From Octopus sinensis (Eukaryota): a stretch of DNA of 64,000 bases. The notes under the pieces were generated by a model that saw only the letters and a list, made by a program, of their open reading frames with translations, was not told the origin of the DNA and searched no databases. Within the stretch, counting starts at the first letter, position 1, and each line of letters opens with the position of its first letter. Made by a program: the position numbers and the translations under genes. Shown here piece after piece: positions 50,569-64,000 of this stretch. The DNA lies in NCBI RefSeq assembly GCF_006345805.1, contig NC_042998.1:195176001-195240000 (forward strand), given 5' to 3'.

Positions 50569-51375
50569 ATATATGCTTAAGTTGGTACCACGGGTGCGAA
50601 GTCGGTGTGCACGTATGTACATGGATGTGCGAAAGTGTATGTCTACAGTGACGCAGGCCAACGGCCAACAGCACCAGCGCCGACTATCCTCGAGGAAATG
50701 AATATCTTTACCTATCCCAGTTAAATATTTATAACAATCATCCTTTCTTCTTAACGACAGCATCGATTTACTATTTCCCCGCTCCTCTTTCTATTTCCTC
50801 TCTTTTTCTTCATTCCTAACAACCTTATGTGATTCCAACTTCCACATATTTGACCTCATCCTTTGACCTCATCCTTTCCTTCTCTTCTTGACCGTTTTAT
50901 TTCTTCAAGCATTGGTTTCTTTTTATTCTCTTCCTGTTTCATCACTCCTTTCAACTCGCATCTGCGGTGAGTCAACTTGGGAATCCCAAGCGACAATGTA
51001 ATCTTCATATAATTAAGGTATTCTCGGCCTGAGAGATAGCTAAGTTGAGTACTCCTCGTTGAATGATTCTTACATGAGGGGGTTAGCTAGCGAAGAAACT
51101 TATGTAACCCGGATTTTATTCGTTCCACGTCCTCACTTCCGATTTTTATTTGCATTCCATAGCAACTGGAGTTGCTAACCGTAATTAAGCTATACAGAAA
51201 CTTTCAGCTTATCGAATTTCCTCGTTACCTTGATATGGGAAAATGTGTGTTACCTTCCATACCAATAAAGTTTTATTATTTCGGAACGTACATTGTCCAT
51301 TTTTTTGCTTTCCATACATACCACGGACTTCTTGAAGCTTATATACTTCCTACACTTGCTTACCGGGGTCTTATT

Positions 51376-51468
<93 letters not shown>

Positions 51469-51479
51469 TAGGTAGCATC

Positions 51480-51790
51480 AGTATTTAACACACATCGGTT
51501 TTTTATAAATTTCACAATAAAAAATCGTTCAATTTGAATGATACTTCAAATATTTTAATGAACATTGTCTAAATAAACAGAGGAAAATCGAGAAACATTG
51601 TTTTTATGTATTTTTATTGCCAATTTTCGAATTTGACTGTGTGCAAAAGTATTTAACACGATTTGTTAATATTTGCCTTACAGCTTCAGGTCGTTTTCTG
51701 TAGTTTTCAACGAGCTTCTTGCATGAAGATTTTGGTAGTTTCACCCATTCCTCTTTACAGACTTTCTTCAGTTCCTTGATATTGCGGTAC
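51480..51790 (-). mobile_element. Tc1 transposon remnant (transposase C-terminus)
   Basis: NIKELKKVCKEEWVKLPKSSCKKLVENYRKRPEAV (ORF 51604..51861) resembles the Tc1 EEW.KI....C..L...Y.KRL.AV terminus. The motif agtatttaacac is repeated at about 51480 and 51648. Confidence 0.7.
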
Positions 51791-52118
51791 AGGATGTATT
51801 CGAATAACAAACCAGTTGAACATCCAACATCTGGGTCGAGATTGTCAAATTTGACACTCAAAATTAACCACTACACTACGTCACTTGAAAAAATCTTGAA
51901 TGGTGGTTTCTATTAGATATCTATAATCTAAGTTGCGTAAACGATTGACTGACGTGTGTGTTGAAGTATTTGAGAGTCATAAGTTTGAGAATGTTACGTG
52001 AGACTTGGGATTGTAAGTGAAGTAAAATGAAAAGGAATTCATCTTTACTTGAGGTTATCACCGCTAAGGGCATGGTTTTTTATCAGTGTTCTTGTTATCA
52101 ATATCATTACGATTAAAA

Positions 52119-52275
52119 GGCGGCGAGCTGGCAGAAACGTTAGCGCGCCGGGCGAAGTGCTTAGCGGCATTTCGTCTGTCGGTGCGTTCTGAGTTCAAAT
52201 TCCGCCGAGGTCGACATTGCCTTTCATCCTTTCGAGGTCGATAAATTAAGTAGCAGTTGCGTACTGGAGTCGATA
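52119..52275 (+). mobile_element. SINE family B copy (3'-truncated)
   Basis: Head and core of family B. Confidence 0.85.
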
Positions 52276-52364
52276 TTTAAAAACATGCTAAAAAACATGC
52301 CTTCAAACTTCAGTCTCCAACCTTCAGAAGTGTTATCGTTTCACTCAGCTTCTTCTATCATTAA

Positions 52365-52584
52365 CCCTTTAGTATTCAGATTAATCTGTCAAATGTAAAG
52401 CCTGTTTAATTACATTGTTTTAAATTAATTGTACAGCATCTTGTAACTCTGAGATTTTGATGATGTCCCTGTTTATTTTTAGAATGACTTTGTAGGGTAG
52501 GTGTGAGAGGTCAGAGCTGGCTGGTTTGAGCATAAAACAGGAAGACAATTTTGGCCTGATATGGCCGGTTTAAACACTAATGGG
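52365..52584. mobile_element. piggyBac-like MITE (second family)
   Basis: TTAA|CCCTTTAGTATT ... AACACTAATGGG|TTAA. Confidence 0.75.
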
Positions 52585-52683
52585 TTAAATACTTCAATTT
52601 AAGTCCAGCAACACACTCATTTCTCCTCTCCTTTTCTATACCGTGCCCTCTTACGTCCATGCAACACACACTAATCACTATTA

Positions 52684-53072
52684 GTGGAGGCGCAATGGCC
52701 CAGTGGTTAGGGCAGCGGACTCGCGGTCATAGGCTCGCGGTTTCGATTCCCAGACCGGGCGTTGTGAGTGTTTGTTGAGCGAAAACACCTAAAGCTCCAC
52801 GAGGCTCCGGCAGGGGATGGTGGTGATCCCTGCTGTACTCTTTCACTACAACTTTCTCTCACTCTTACTTCCTGTTTCTGTTGTACCTGTATTTCAAAGG
52901 GCCGGCCTTGTCACTCTCTGTGTCACGCTGAATATCCCCGAGAACTACGGTAAGGGCGCACGTGTCTGTGGAGTGCTCAGCCTCTTACACGTTAATTTCA
53001 CAAGCAGGCTGTTCCGTTGATTCGGATCAACCGGAACCCTCATCGTCGTAACCGACGGAGTGCTTCCATCCA
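52684..53072 (+). mobile_element. SINE family C, tail type 2
   Basis: Same tRNA-like head and middle as the copies at 19313 and 35022, but an unrelated 3' half. Flanking repeat aatcactatt. Confidence 0.85.
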
Positions 53073-53348
53073 TCCAATCACTATTCTCACTCCATCATCC
53101 CTCAATCGTCAATCCGGTTCAATCATTTCTTAACACGAGTAATTTTCCTGCAGCCACTAATATACATATACCAAAGAATAACAACATTCACATCAACCTA
53201 ACAGCTTCTGTGGGGCGTGTAAGGCGCATCGGAGAAGCTCTTTCCTGTTCAATGAAACCAAAAAAAAGGGCAGTTGATAGCTAATCGATGAAAGGCAATA
53301 GTGACCCTTGCGAAATTTGTACACAACGCCAAAAATTTGAAACGTAAA

Positions 53349-53758
53349 TCTATATATATATAAACGGCAGTTTGTCTGTCTGTGTGTCTGTGTGGCTGTC
53401 AGGTTGTACCCTCACCCTGACCACGGCTTTAAACCGATTCTGATGAAACTTGACACACACACATAGCCCAATGTCATAATTCAAAACTAACGCAGCGAAA
53501 ATTTTGAAAAGTTCCCCCAGTTCTGAAAAAAATCGATAAATTCGACATGGGGTCGAGAATCTAAGCTTTTTATATGCAACACATTTTCTGTCGGGAGACA
53601 GCTAGGAACATCGTATACATAGAAGTATTCGAGTGAAGAGAAGACATTGCAACCTATACATGCGCCTTCGTTCCCTAGAGGGAAAGAACTAGATTGGGAT
53701 TAGTCGTTGCCTACTAGGGGCTCTTACATACCCGGGCAACGCCGGGCTATGCTGCTAG
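53349..53758 (+). mobile_element. Non-autonomous Helitron, family H3
   Basis: A|TC(TA)n start, hairpin cccgggcaacgccggg, and CTAG|T end. Confidence 0.85.
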
Positions 53759-54120
53759 TACAATAATAAACGTACACTGACGTAAACCGTTTGTGCCAGC
53801 TTATTGATTTTAACGTTGTAAGATAAATAGGAATGATGGTGTTAGAGCGAGGAGCGAGGAAGTGAATGGGATTGAAGAGAAAGGGTAGAAGTGAGACGAT
53901 GAAGAATAAGAGAAATGGAGCAGAAGAAGAAGGAGGAGTGATTGGTCATGGGAAGAGGTAAGAGGGCGAGAAGATGAGAAATTGTGGGAGGAATATGAGG
54001 AGAGGTAAGAGGAGTGTTTTCTTTGTAAATTATATTTTTTGCGCAGTTAAAATTGACTCTTTGATCTCAAGCCAGCAAGGGAGTCCCTTGGTGGTTACTT
54101 GAATAGCTAAAAATAATAGC

Positions 54121-54278
54121 CAGGAGTGGCTGTGTGGTAAGTAGCTTGCTAACCAGCCACATGGTTCCGGGTTCAGTCCCACTGCGTGGCATCTTGGGCA
54201 AGTGTCTTCTGCTATAGCCCCGGGCCAACTAATGCCTTGTGAGTGGATTTGGTAGACGGAAACTGAAAGAAGCCTGTC

Positions 54279-54368
<90 letters not shown>

Positions 54369-54580
54369 TTGTGTGTCTGTGTTTGTCCCCCTAGCATTGC
54401 TTGACAACCGATGCTGGTGTGTTTATGTCCCCGTAACTTAGCGGCTCGGCAAAAGAGACCGATAGAATAAGTACTGGGCTTACAAAGAATAAGTCCCCGG
54501 GTCGATTTGCTCGACTAAAAGGCGGTGCTCCAGCATGGCCGCAGTCGAATGACTGAAACAAGTAAAAGAGCAAAAGAGTA
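54121..54580 (+). mobile_element. SINE family A full-length copy
   Basis: Colinear with 5007-5421. Confidence 0.9.
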
Positions 54581-55118
54581 AACCATACTTAGAATACGTT
54601 GAATAATCATAGTTATGGGTCCTCTGCACACAGGAAAAAAAGAAAAGAATGGTCACGGCTGGAATGCTTTTCATGATAGGTTGGCACGATTAAGATTTAC
54701 CTGGGGCTAAACAACAACAATGTCAGACCAGGTGTGGTCGTGGTTGTTGTGGTAGTGGTAATGGTAGGGGTTGTAGAAATGGCGGTTGAGGCGGTTGTAT
54801 GGGTGCCGGATTAATGGTCGTGGTGATGTATGTGGTAAAGTTGGTGACGGTGGTGGTTATGGTGGTGGTGATGATGTTGGTAGGATTTGAAGGTGGCGAT
54901 GGATATGGTGGCGATGGATATGGTGATGGTGATGGTGATGGTGATGGTGGTGGTGGTGGTGATGGTGGTGGGGTGGTGGTGGTGACGATTGTGATATCGA
55001 TGCCGGTTTTGGCGATAGTTTTGATTACCTCCCGGATTACAATGAATATCTTTTTTACTACAATATATATATAGTCTATGCATGTATGTGTGTGTTTGTG
55101 TGCGCGCGTCCGTCAGGC

Positions 55119-55157
55119 TGTGTGCGTGCTCGTGTGTGTGAGTCTACATGTGTGTGT

Positions 55158-55203
<46 letters not shown>

Positions 55204-55367
55204 TAGTAGAAAATTGGATGGTAATGAAAGCTATCATCATCAACCTCCCCCCCCACGTGTTGTGTCTGTATACATATATACTTATATATGCTATAAAAGC
55301 AGATATAAGTATATGTATGGAGGTATATATATTGTATATATATATATATATATGATATATATATATT

Positions 55368-55417
<50 letters not shown>

Positions 55418-55434
55418 TATATGTATGTATATAG

Positions 55435-55467
<33 letters not shown>

Positions 55468-55680
55468 TATGTATGAATATATATATATATATATCCATAT
55501 ATTATATATATATTATATATATATATATATTAGATATATAATATATATACGCATACATATATATACTCCCATACATATACTTATATCTGCTTTTATAGCA
55601 TATATAAGTATATATGTATACAGACACAACACGTGGAGGGGGAGGGTTGATGATGATAGTTTTCATTACCATCCAAATTT

Positions 55681-55724
<44 letters not shown>

Positions 55725-55790
55725 GCTACTACTACTGCTACTGCACACACACACACACACATGTAGACTCACACACACGAGCACGCACAC
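55119..55790. repeat. Inverted duplication centred on (TA)n (arms about 55119-55330 and 55560-55790)
   Basis: Near-identical reverse-complement arms, including the unique text aaattggatggtaatgaaa..tatcatcatcaacc. Confidence 0.9.
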
Positions 55791-55820
55791 AATTTCTAAA
55801 GTGTCATTCGAAAGTGTCTT

Positions 55821-56298
55821 GTGGTATGAATGAAAAGTTGAGAATGTAATGGTAGTATTTGTGGATAGATGGTGGGGGAGATGTGTGTATTTAGAATGAG
55901 GAGATAGGTCAAAATGAAAACAGGAAGAGAAAATGAGAGTAAGAAAGAAAGAGAGAAAAAAGTGAAAGGGTGAAAGAAGTGAGAAAGGAGTAAGTAATAG
56001 TGGTGGTCAAGATAATGTGATGGAAGGATGGGAGAGAAGGGGGAGAGGGGAAGAGGAGAAGGTAAGGAGGAAGAGTGTGAGAGGTATGAAGGTAAGGAGG
56101 ATGAGTGTGGATGTATAGTAGAGGTGATATGATAGTGATGCATAAAGGGATGGGTAGAGAAAAGGTATGGGTGGAGTGATATCAAAGAGTAGTAGTAGTT
56201 TTATTAGTAAAATTTAAAGTGGAGGAAGAATACAAGGATGTCAAATTTCTATAAATAGACGTATGTGATTGTGTAGGTTAGTGTGATAGGTAGGAATC

Positions 56299-56381
<83 letters not shown>

Positions 56382-56743
56382 TATGTGTGTATGTATGTAC
56401 GCATATGCGCACATGTATATGTACGTCTGTACGCGCGTATGTCATTATACCTTCTTTCTCCCTCTCTGATTCCTACCTATCACACTAACCTACACAATCA
56501 CATACGTCTCTTCCTATCCCTCTCCCACTTCTCTCCCATCCTTCCATCACATTATCTTGACCACCAACTATTACTCCTTTTCTCACTCCTTTCACCCTTT
56601 CACTTTTTTCTCTCTTTCTTTCTTACTCTCATTTTCTCTTCCTGTTTTCCTTTTGACCTATCTCCTCATTCTAAATACACACATCTCCCCCACCATCTAT
56701 CCACAAATACTACCATTACATTCTCAAATTTTCATTCATACCA
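55821..56743. repeat. Second inverted duplication centred on (TA)n (55821-56050 vs 56518-56743; 56257-56301 vs 56465-56509)
   Basis: Near-identical reverse-complement arms. The right arm lacks the equivalent of about 56050-56256. Confidence 0.9.
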
Positions 56744-57891
56744 CATATACACTGGCACTTTTATTCGGTACCTGGACGCCTCCTCTACACACAAACGTAC
56801 GCTCACTCGCACACTCTTCAAGTATTCGCCGCTCATGTTTGGTTCACAACTTCGAATCATCCTTCAAAACTTCCATGCTTCCTGAGATTCGCCAACACTA
56901 CACCTGATTTTCTCCCCTCCATACACACGCAAGCATGTATCTGACTCATACACTGTTCGCTTTCCAGACATTTGTACATTACTGCATATACTCTATACAC
57001 ACTTTCTGACAAGTTGTGGTGCACCTGAGCACTGTATACCAATAATTTCATTATTATTATTATTATACTTCCCACACACTTTTTCCTCTCTTTGACCCTT
57101 ACTCGCTTTTTACCTTGCCAACATCAGTACAAATAAGCCACTACTGCTGCTTACCACCGTTCCCCACCCCACACAAGATCCAACAAGTTTTGTCCCCTTC
57201 ACCATTTTCTTTTCACGTTAAGTACGTAACGTCTAGCTTTTTACCTGTTCATCAAGTTATTTTTTCGTCGTTACCAAACTTTTCTTCCCAATTATCACTT
57301 CTCAGTAGATTATCATACCTTGGACACTCTACCAAATTCTTTGGGCCGCTTATTACTGCTGTGTATTTTTTTCTTTTTACCAATTTCTTCTTCTTTTCAC
57401 AAAATTTATACATTTTTCTTTTTTTCAACTTTTAGCTTAAACCTTTTCTTTTCGTGAAGATCTTGTGTTATGCACTCGTATGTGCAACTATAACACATTC
57501 TACATTGCTTTTGTCACCTCATGCGCTTCACCAACATTTTATTCTCTCACCCTCACACCTGCTCTCACCTCCCCAAATACACACTTTCACTTCACCCACC
57601 AAACGACTACACAGACCAACACACCGCACCTCAACTAACCAACGCTACTATACAACAAAAACTTATGTATGTTTGTGCACATACATACATACATACTTAC
57701 AACAGCTTTTCTTATTGAATGGTGAGAAAGGTTTTTCCCTATTATGTATTTTTTCAATTTCAACTCAAGGTCTCAGAGCAAGTCACTTGCAGGACAAGTA
57801 CCTACTGCAACGAAACATACATACATAGATGCATACATACAAACATATATCCATACTGTCACCCACAAACATACATACATACATACCTACA

Positions 57892-57991
57892 NNNNNNNNN
57901 NNNNNNNNNNNNNNNNNNNNNNNNNNNNNNNNNNNNNNNNNNNNNNNNNNNNNNNNNNNNNNNNNNNNNNNNNNNNNNNNNNNNNNNNNNN
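57892..57991. other. Assembly gap (100 N)
   Basis: Run of n. Confidence 1.
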
Positions 57992-58210
57992 TGCCTCACC
58001 TGTCTCACCTTCTGTGCTCATCTTTTCTGCTATTCTTTTTCTTTAGTTTCCTTCATCATTTCTTTATATCTTTATTATGACTTTTTGAATTTTCTTTCGT
58101 TTTTTTTTTAACTCTTTCAGTCTTCTCTCTTACTTTCTTTCTTTCTTCCATTCTTTCCTTCTATTTCTTCAATCTTTCATCATTCCTTTACGCCTTAATA
58201 TCCCTTTATT

Positions 58211-58257
<47 letters not shown>

Positions 58258-58612
58258 TCCCTCCTTTTATATTAACTCACTCCCTTTATCTTTCTCCAAA
58301 CATACTGACCGACTCCTCCTTCATCCCCCCTCTCTCTGTTTAGTCTCTTTTTCTCTCCTTCCACATTCTATCCTTCTTCGCTCCACCTTCTTTTCACTGT
58401 TTCTCCCCTCCCTCCCTCAACTTACTCCACCCACCACACAGCCTTCTGACACCACGTCTCACCTTTATCCTCGGACGCCCCTCCTTCTTCTTCTTCTCTA
58501 TTACACTCTCTTCCCTTTTCCAATATCTCTCTCTCATCTTTAATCGTTCTTCATTTTCTCCTTCCACCATTCCTCTCGTTTCCTTTCTATTTGTCTAAAC
58601 TTCTTTTCAACA

Positions 58613-58797
58613 CGTTTCAGTCATTTGACTGTGGCCATGCTGGGGCACCGCCTTGAAGAATTTTAGTCAAACGAATCGGCCCCAGCACTTTTTCTTTTTT
58701 TTTCTTTTGAAAACCTGGTATTTATTCTATCGGTCTCTTTTACCAAACCGGTAAGTCACGGGATGTAAACACCTCAACAGCGGTTGGTAAGTGGTGG

Positions 58798-58800
<3 letters not shown>
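58613..58800 (-). mobile_element. SINE family A-related 3' half
   Basis: gtttcagtcatttgactgtggccatgctggggcaccgcc and ttattctatcggtctctttt. Confidence 0.75.
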
Positions 58801-58869
<69 letters not shown>

Positions 58870-58901
58870 ACACACACACAGACACACACACACACAGACC
58901 A

Positions 58902-58971
<70 letters not shown>

Positions 58972-59179
58972 ACACACAGACAGACACACACACACACAGA
59001 CACACAAATATACACGCACAGGTAATCTGTAGCATTCTCTTTTACCCATTTGTATCCTCCCACCTCTCTCTCTCTCCCACGCGCTTTCTATCTACTTCCT
59101 TCCTCTTCTGCCTCCGCCTCTCTTCATACACAATGTGCAAGAAAACATGTAAGCTATAGCAAAAGAAAGAAAAAAAGGC

Positions 59180-59517
59180 AACAAGCAAGAAGGAGGAGGA
59201 GGAGGAGGAGGAGGAGGAGGAGGAAAAGACGCCGATAACGGTGATGAAGAAGAAACGATGAAGGAGAAGGGAATTATGGTAGAGGGGGGGGAGGGGAGGA
59301 GGGGATGGAGGTAATGACGACGACGATGATGATGAGGAGGAGTAGGAGGAGGAGGAGGAGGAAGAGGATAAACAAGAGGAGGAGGGGGTGCAAGAGGAGC
59401 AGGAGGTGCAGGAGGAGCAGGAGCAGGAGGAGCAGGATGACGATGACAAGAAGAAGAAGAAGAAGAAGAAGAGGGGGAAGAAAGAAGAAGAAGAAGAAGA
59501 AGAAGAAGAAGAAGAAG

Positions 59518-59546
<29 letters not shown>
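59180..59546. repeat. (GAG)n/(GAA)n purine-rich microsatellite cluster
   Basis: Direct inspection. Confidence 0.95.
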
Positions 59547-59548
<2 letters not shown>

Positions 59549-59699
59549 CATGTATGACATCCCGAGAAAATTGCATCGGACAGTAAAGCCTGATGGGAAA
59601 TACATTTGGCATCTTATCTGAGCCGTTCCACTTCACTGACCACTAATCACCTCATTCTATTCACAAATAACCAACTTCAACACATTACCGAGACACTCT

Positions 59700-60328
59700 C
59701 AGCACAGACACACACACACACACATACATAAACACACATACACACACTCATACCTACACACATATATGCACACATACACACATACACACACTTATTCCCA
59801 TATATACACACATATACATACACACGCATATATGCATATCCATAGAAACGTAGTCACAAACACACATACACACACACACACAGACACACATACATAGACA
59901 CATATATGCACACATACACACACTTATTCGCATATATATACACATATACATATACACGCATATATATACATATCCATAGAAGCGTATCTCACACACACAC
60001 ATACGCATACACACACATACACATACACATACATACACACACACACACATATATATATATACATATACACATAAATGCATTAACACACACACATACTCAC
60101 ACATTCAGACACATGCATTCATATTCACATATACACATACACCTACACAATTTATACACATACATTAATACATATTCATTCACACACACATACAAACACA
60201 CCACACATATATATATACACACATAAATACATTAACACACACACACATGCATACACACACACATATATATATATATACATATACACATAAATACATTAAC
60301 ACACACACACATACACATTCAGACACAT

Positions 60329-60375
<47 letters not shown>

Positions 60376-60487
60376 CATATATATATACATAAATGCATTA
60401 ACACACACACCTACTCACACATTCAAACACATGCATTCACATTCACATATACACATACACTTATACAATTTATACACGTACATTAAT

Positions 60488-60535
<48 letters not shown>

Positions 60536-60710
60536 ATATACATAAATGCATTAACACACACACACATACACATTCAGACACATGCATTCACATTCACATA
60601 TACACATTCACTTATACAATTTACACACGTACATTAATACATATGCATTCACACACAACACACACACACACACACACACTCACACACACACACACACACA
60701 CACACACAAC
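59700..60710. repeat. Compound CA/TA-rich region with imperfect higher-order repeats
   Basis: ataaatgcattaacacac...cacatgcattca recurs at about 60071, 60388 and 60542. Confidence 0.8.
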
Positions 60711-61097
60711 TACTCAAATACAATGGCATACACACAAATACACAAAAACCATGGATATGAAACTTCATTCCATTCTTAGGCAACCGTAATTGTATACACA
60801 CATCCACAACGAACATAGAAACACAGAGAAAAAAAAATGTATAAACCATTACATATATACACCCATCCAAAGACACGAATAACACTTTAGAGACACACAC
60901 GATGAAACAAACATTAATACATCATTTTACAATTGTATCGCATCTTTCTCTTCATTTTTTTTACTCCAACCCCTTCTTCCAATCTCCTCTCCCTTTCCCC
61001 CCACTTAACCATTCCACCCCCTACATCCCCTTAAGCCACAGATTATTCTCTCTTTATTTCTTCTCCCCTTCCACCTCGCCAACCCCTCCTCATTTCT

Positions 61098-61147
<50 letters not shown>

Positions 61148-61296
61148 GTCTCTGTCTTTCTCTCTCAACCCAAATGTACGCTACATTTAGCAATATTTAA
61201 GGTGAGATAAAGCCAAAACACGCCAAAATCTCCAAATTTTAAGTTTTTATGTTTAATCCATTAATATACATACATACATACATACATACAATATAA

Positions 61297-61364
<68 letters not shown>

Positions 61365-61381
61365 ATGTATGTATATATATA

Positions 61382-61423
<42 letters not shown>

Positions 61424-61824
61424 ATATATATGGTGTGTTGTGTGTATGTATGTATGTATGCAGGTGTGTGTAAATAACACATGTATATATATATACATAT
61501 ATATATTATTAAATATGTATATATTTAATAGTTATCTATGCATACGCGCACACCCATGTATATGTTATACATGCATGTGTATGTATATAAGTTAGAACGC
61601 ATACATATATATATATATTATATATATGTTTGTATGTATGTATGTATGTATGTATGTATGTGTGTGTGAATGTGTGTGTCTGTGTGTGTGACATTATTAA
61701 TAATAACAGCAACAACACTCATAATAAAAAATATTTTTAATGATATTTCTATTTCCGTGAACAGACCATTTTTATACGGACGGGGTGGGGGGAATATATA
61801 TATGTTCATGTATGCATGTATGTT

Positions 61825-61886
<62 letters not shown>

Positions 61887-62042
61887 GGTTTGTGTGTGTG
61901 TGTGTAGGTTTGTGTCGGGGCATGTCTGGAAGGAAAAGTTTGAATGTGATTGATACTTAAAATTTCGCACCCTATCCTATTGACAAACTACATACATATA
62001 TATATATATATAAAAGCATGCATGCACACACACACACACACA

Positions 62043-62079
<37 letters not shown>

Positions 62080-62179
62080 ACACACCACACACACCAATAT
62101 TCATACAAAAAAAAAAGTAAGAACCACACACAACAAGATATACAGAAGTGAATACATATATACACTATAAATTTACATA

Positions 62180-62256
<77 letters not shown>

Positions 62257-62699
62257 ATATATATACATATATACATATATACATATATACTATATATATA
62301 CACATATATATATATATATATACGCATTGATACAATGATAAATCAGGCAATTTTTTTAATCTCTAAAATTCATTAAATAATATTATGTAGTATGTTAACT
62401 AATTTAAAGAAAATTTTGGCGACAGAATTGCAAAGAAAGAAATGGGGAAGCGTATAGAGCTGGAATGAAGGTGGCGTGAGCGGTTCCATTGTTGCAGTGA
62501 AGAAGATAGGGACAAATAAATGGCTTTTATTTTATTGTTCTTTAGAAGCTGAAGAAAATAAAAATTGATGGGAAAAAAAACAACGTAATAATGAAAACAA
62601 TAGCAAAAGGAAAAATAATAATTCCAGTATTTTCCAATATGAGACGAAATATGTTTAGTAAAAAAAAACTGATAGTTGTGTTAGAAATATAATGTGTGT

Positions 62700-63100
62700 G
62701 TGTGTGTGTGGTAAGAAAATGCTTCCCAACCAAATGGTTCCGTGTTCAGTCCCAGTGCGTGGCAAGAAGCTAGTGTCTTTCTACTATAGCCCCAGGCCGA
62801 CCTAGGCCTTGTGGACAGGAATGTATTTCTTTACTACCCACAAGGGGCTAAACACAAAGGGGACAGACAAACGGATTAAGTCGATTACATCGACCCCAGT
62901 GCGTAACTGGTACTTAATTTATCGACCCCGAAAGGATGAAAGGCAAAGTCGACCTCGGCGGAATTTGAACTCAGAACGTAACGGCAGAAGAAATACGGCT
63001 ACGCAATTCGTCCAACGTGCTAACGTTTCTGCCAGCTCACCAGGTATGGTCGACGGAAACTGAAAGAAATCTGTCATACACACACACACACACACACACA
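62700..63100 (+). mobile_element. SINE A copy interrupted by a SINE B copy (62824-63042, minus)
   Basis: The family A head runs to ggccttgtgga and resumes at tggtcgacggaaactgaaagaa after the B copy. Confidence 0.8.
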
Positions 63101-63177
63101 CTTTTGTAATGCAACATATGGATTCATAGAATCCTGTGGCAAAGACAAAAAGCGCCTCTAGTGGATCCAGCAACCAT

Positions 63178-63408
63178 ACCTATTTCTTTATTACCCACAA
63201 GGGGCTAAACATAGAGGGGACAAACAAGGACAGACATAGGTATTAAGTCGATTATATCGACTCTCAGTGCGTAACAGGAACTTAATTTATCGACCCCGAA
63301 AGGATGAAAGGCAAAGTCGACCTCGGCGGAATTTGAACTCACAACGTAACGGCAGACGAAGTACCGCAAAGCATTTCGCCCGGTGTGCTAACGCTTCTGC
63401 TAGCTCGC
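63178..63408 (-). mobile_element. SINE family B monomer
   Basis: Family B head-to-tail copy. Confidence 0.9.
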
Positions 63409-63910
63409 ATAGTAATCCAATACGGAGGAGTATAATGTAAAGTTCTATGCAGCTGAAATCCAGGAAATCCAATCTATGAAGGTATCTCATGAGGAGTGTA
63501 TAGACCAGAGGTTCTCAGTGTGGGTCACACAACTCTGAGGGGGCGCTAAGCTTTAGGGGACGGTGAGGTAACATAATTAATATACTAAATTTTACTTATA
63601 GTAGTAATTACATTATACGTGATGACGGACAGAATCAACGAATATTGAAAAGGTTACAAGTTGCAACGAAAATTTTAGTAAAAAATAAGGAGTGGAAATC
63701 AGACCGGTGAGTGTGTTAAATCAAAAAGGCACTAAAAGAGAATGACTCTCCCCAGACACAACAAAATATGCTTCAACGCACGAATTCACACAAAGAATCT
63801 TGCAAACTACATACAAAAACTAGTAATGGTTCTTAAGATAAAATGGAATCTCATCAGGCACACGGAAGTCATTAACTTGTAATGTATAAAAGACAAATAT
63901 TTTTTATAAT

Positions 63911-64000
63911 AGGCGTAGGAGTGGCTGTGTGGTAAGTAGCTTGCTTACCAATCACATGGTTCCGGGTTCAGTCCCACTGGGTGGCACCTTGGGCAAGTGT
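63911..64000 (+). mobile_element. SINE family A head (runs off window)
   Basis: ggagtggctgtgtggtaagtagcttgc...gggttcagtcccactg...cttgggcaagtgt. Confidence 0.9.

Larger units (their letters stand above)
49130..51065. repeat. Diverged inverted duplication (arms about 49130-49480 and 50700-51065)
   Basis: For example ttacattgtcgcttgggattcccaagtt..accgcagatgcgagttgaaa has its reverse complement at about 50949-51001. Confidence 0.85.

Noticed and set aside
52684-52760. tRNA gene (also at 19610-19684 and 35320-35392)
   Set aside because: A and B boxes are present, but I could not close an acceptor stem and each continues into a SINE body.
59305-59636. Acidic/basic protein ORFs (poly-E, poly-K, poly-S)
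   Set aside because: These derive from (GAG)n/(GAA)n microsatellite, with no recognisable domain or splice context.

Overview
AT-rich, repeat-dense animal genomic DNA. It is most likely an octopus or other coleoid cephalopod, inferred from recalled tRNA-derived SINE families and the extreme (TA)n/(CA)n/(TATG)n content, not verified. The only host gene I can support is the 5' end of XPR1 (SPX-domain phosphate exporter) on the minus strand: coding exons at 5551-5619 and 3852-3903, with a candidate non-coding first exon near 12.4 kb. The rest is transposon debris and microsatellite: several SINE families, CR1/L2-like, RTE, R4/Dong-like, HERO-like and Penelope retroelement fragments, non-autonomous Helitrons, and hAT, piggyBac, Tc1/mariner/pogo and Chapaev3-like DNA elements. 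Almost all ORFs in the supplied track are microsatellite or SINE artefacts. Most notable: (i) five minimal Penelope-type hammerhead ribozyme motifs, three in the loop of long inverted repeats, one with a compensated G3-C8 core swap and one with an extended stem II; (ii) head-to-tail SINE multimers enclosed by a single target-site duplication; (iii) a SINE/LINE pair sharing a covarying 3' hairpin; (iv) a 13-unit array of a conserved ~70-bp block separated by variable (CA)n; (v) several inverted duplications. There is a 100-N assembly gap at 57892-57991. Coordinates were read by eye and repeat boundaries may be off by a few bases.
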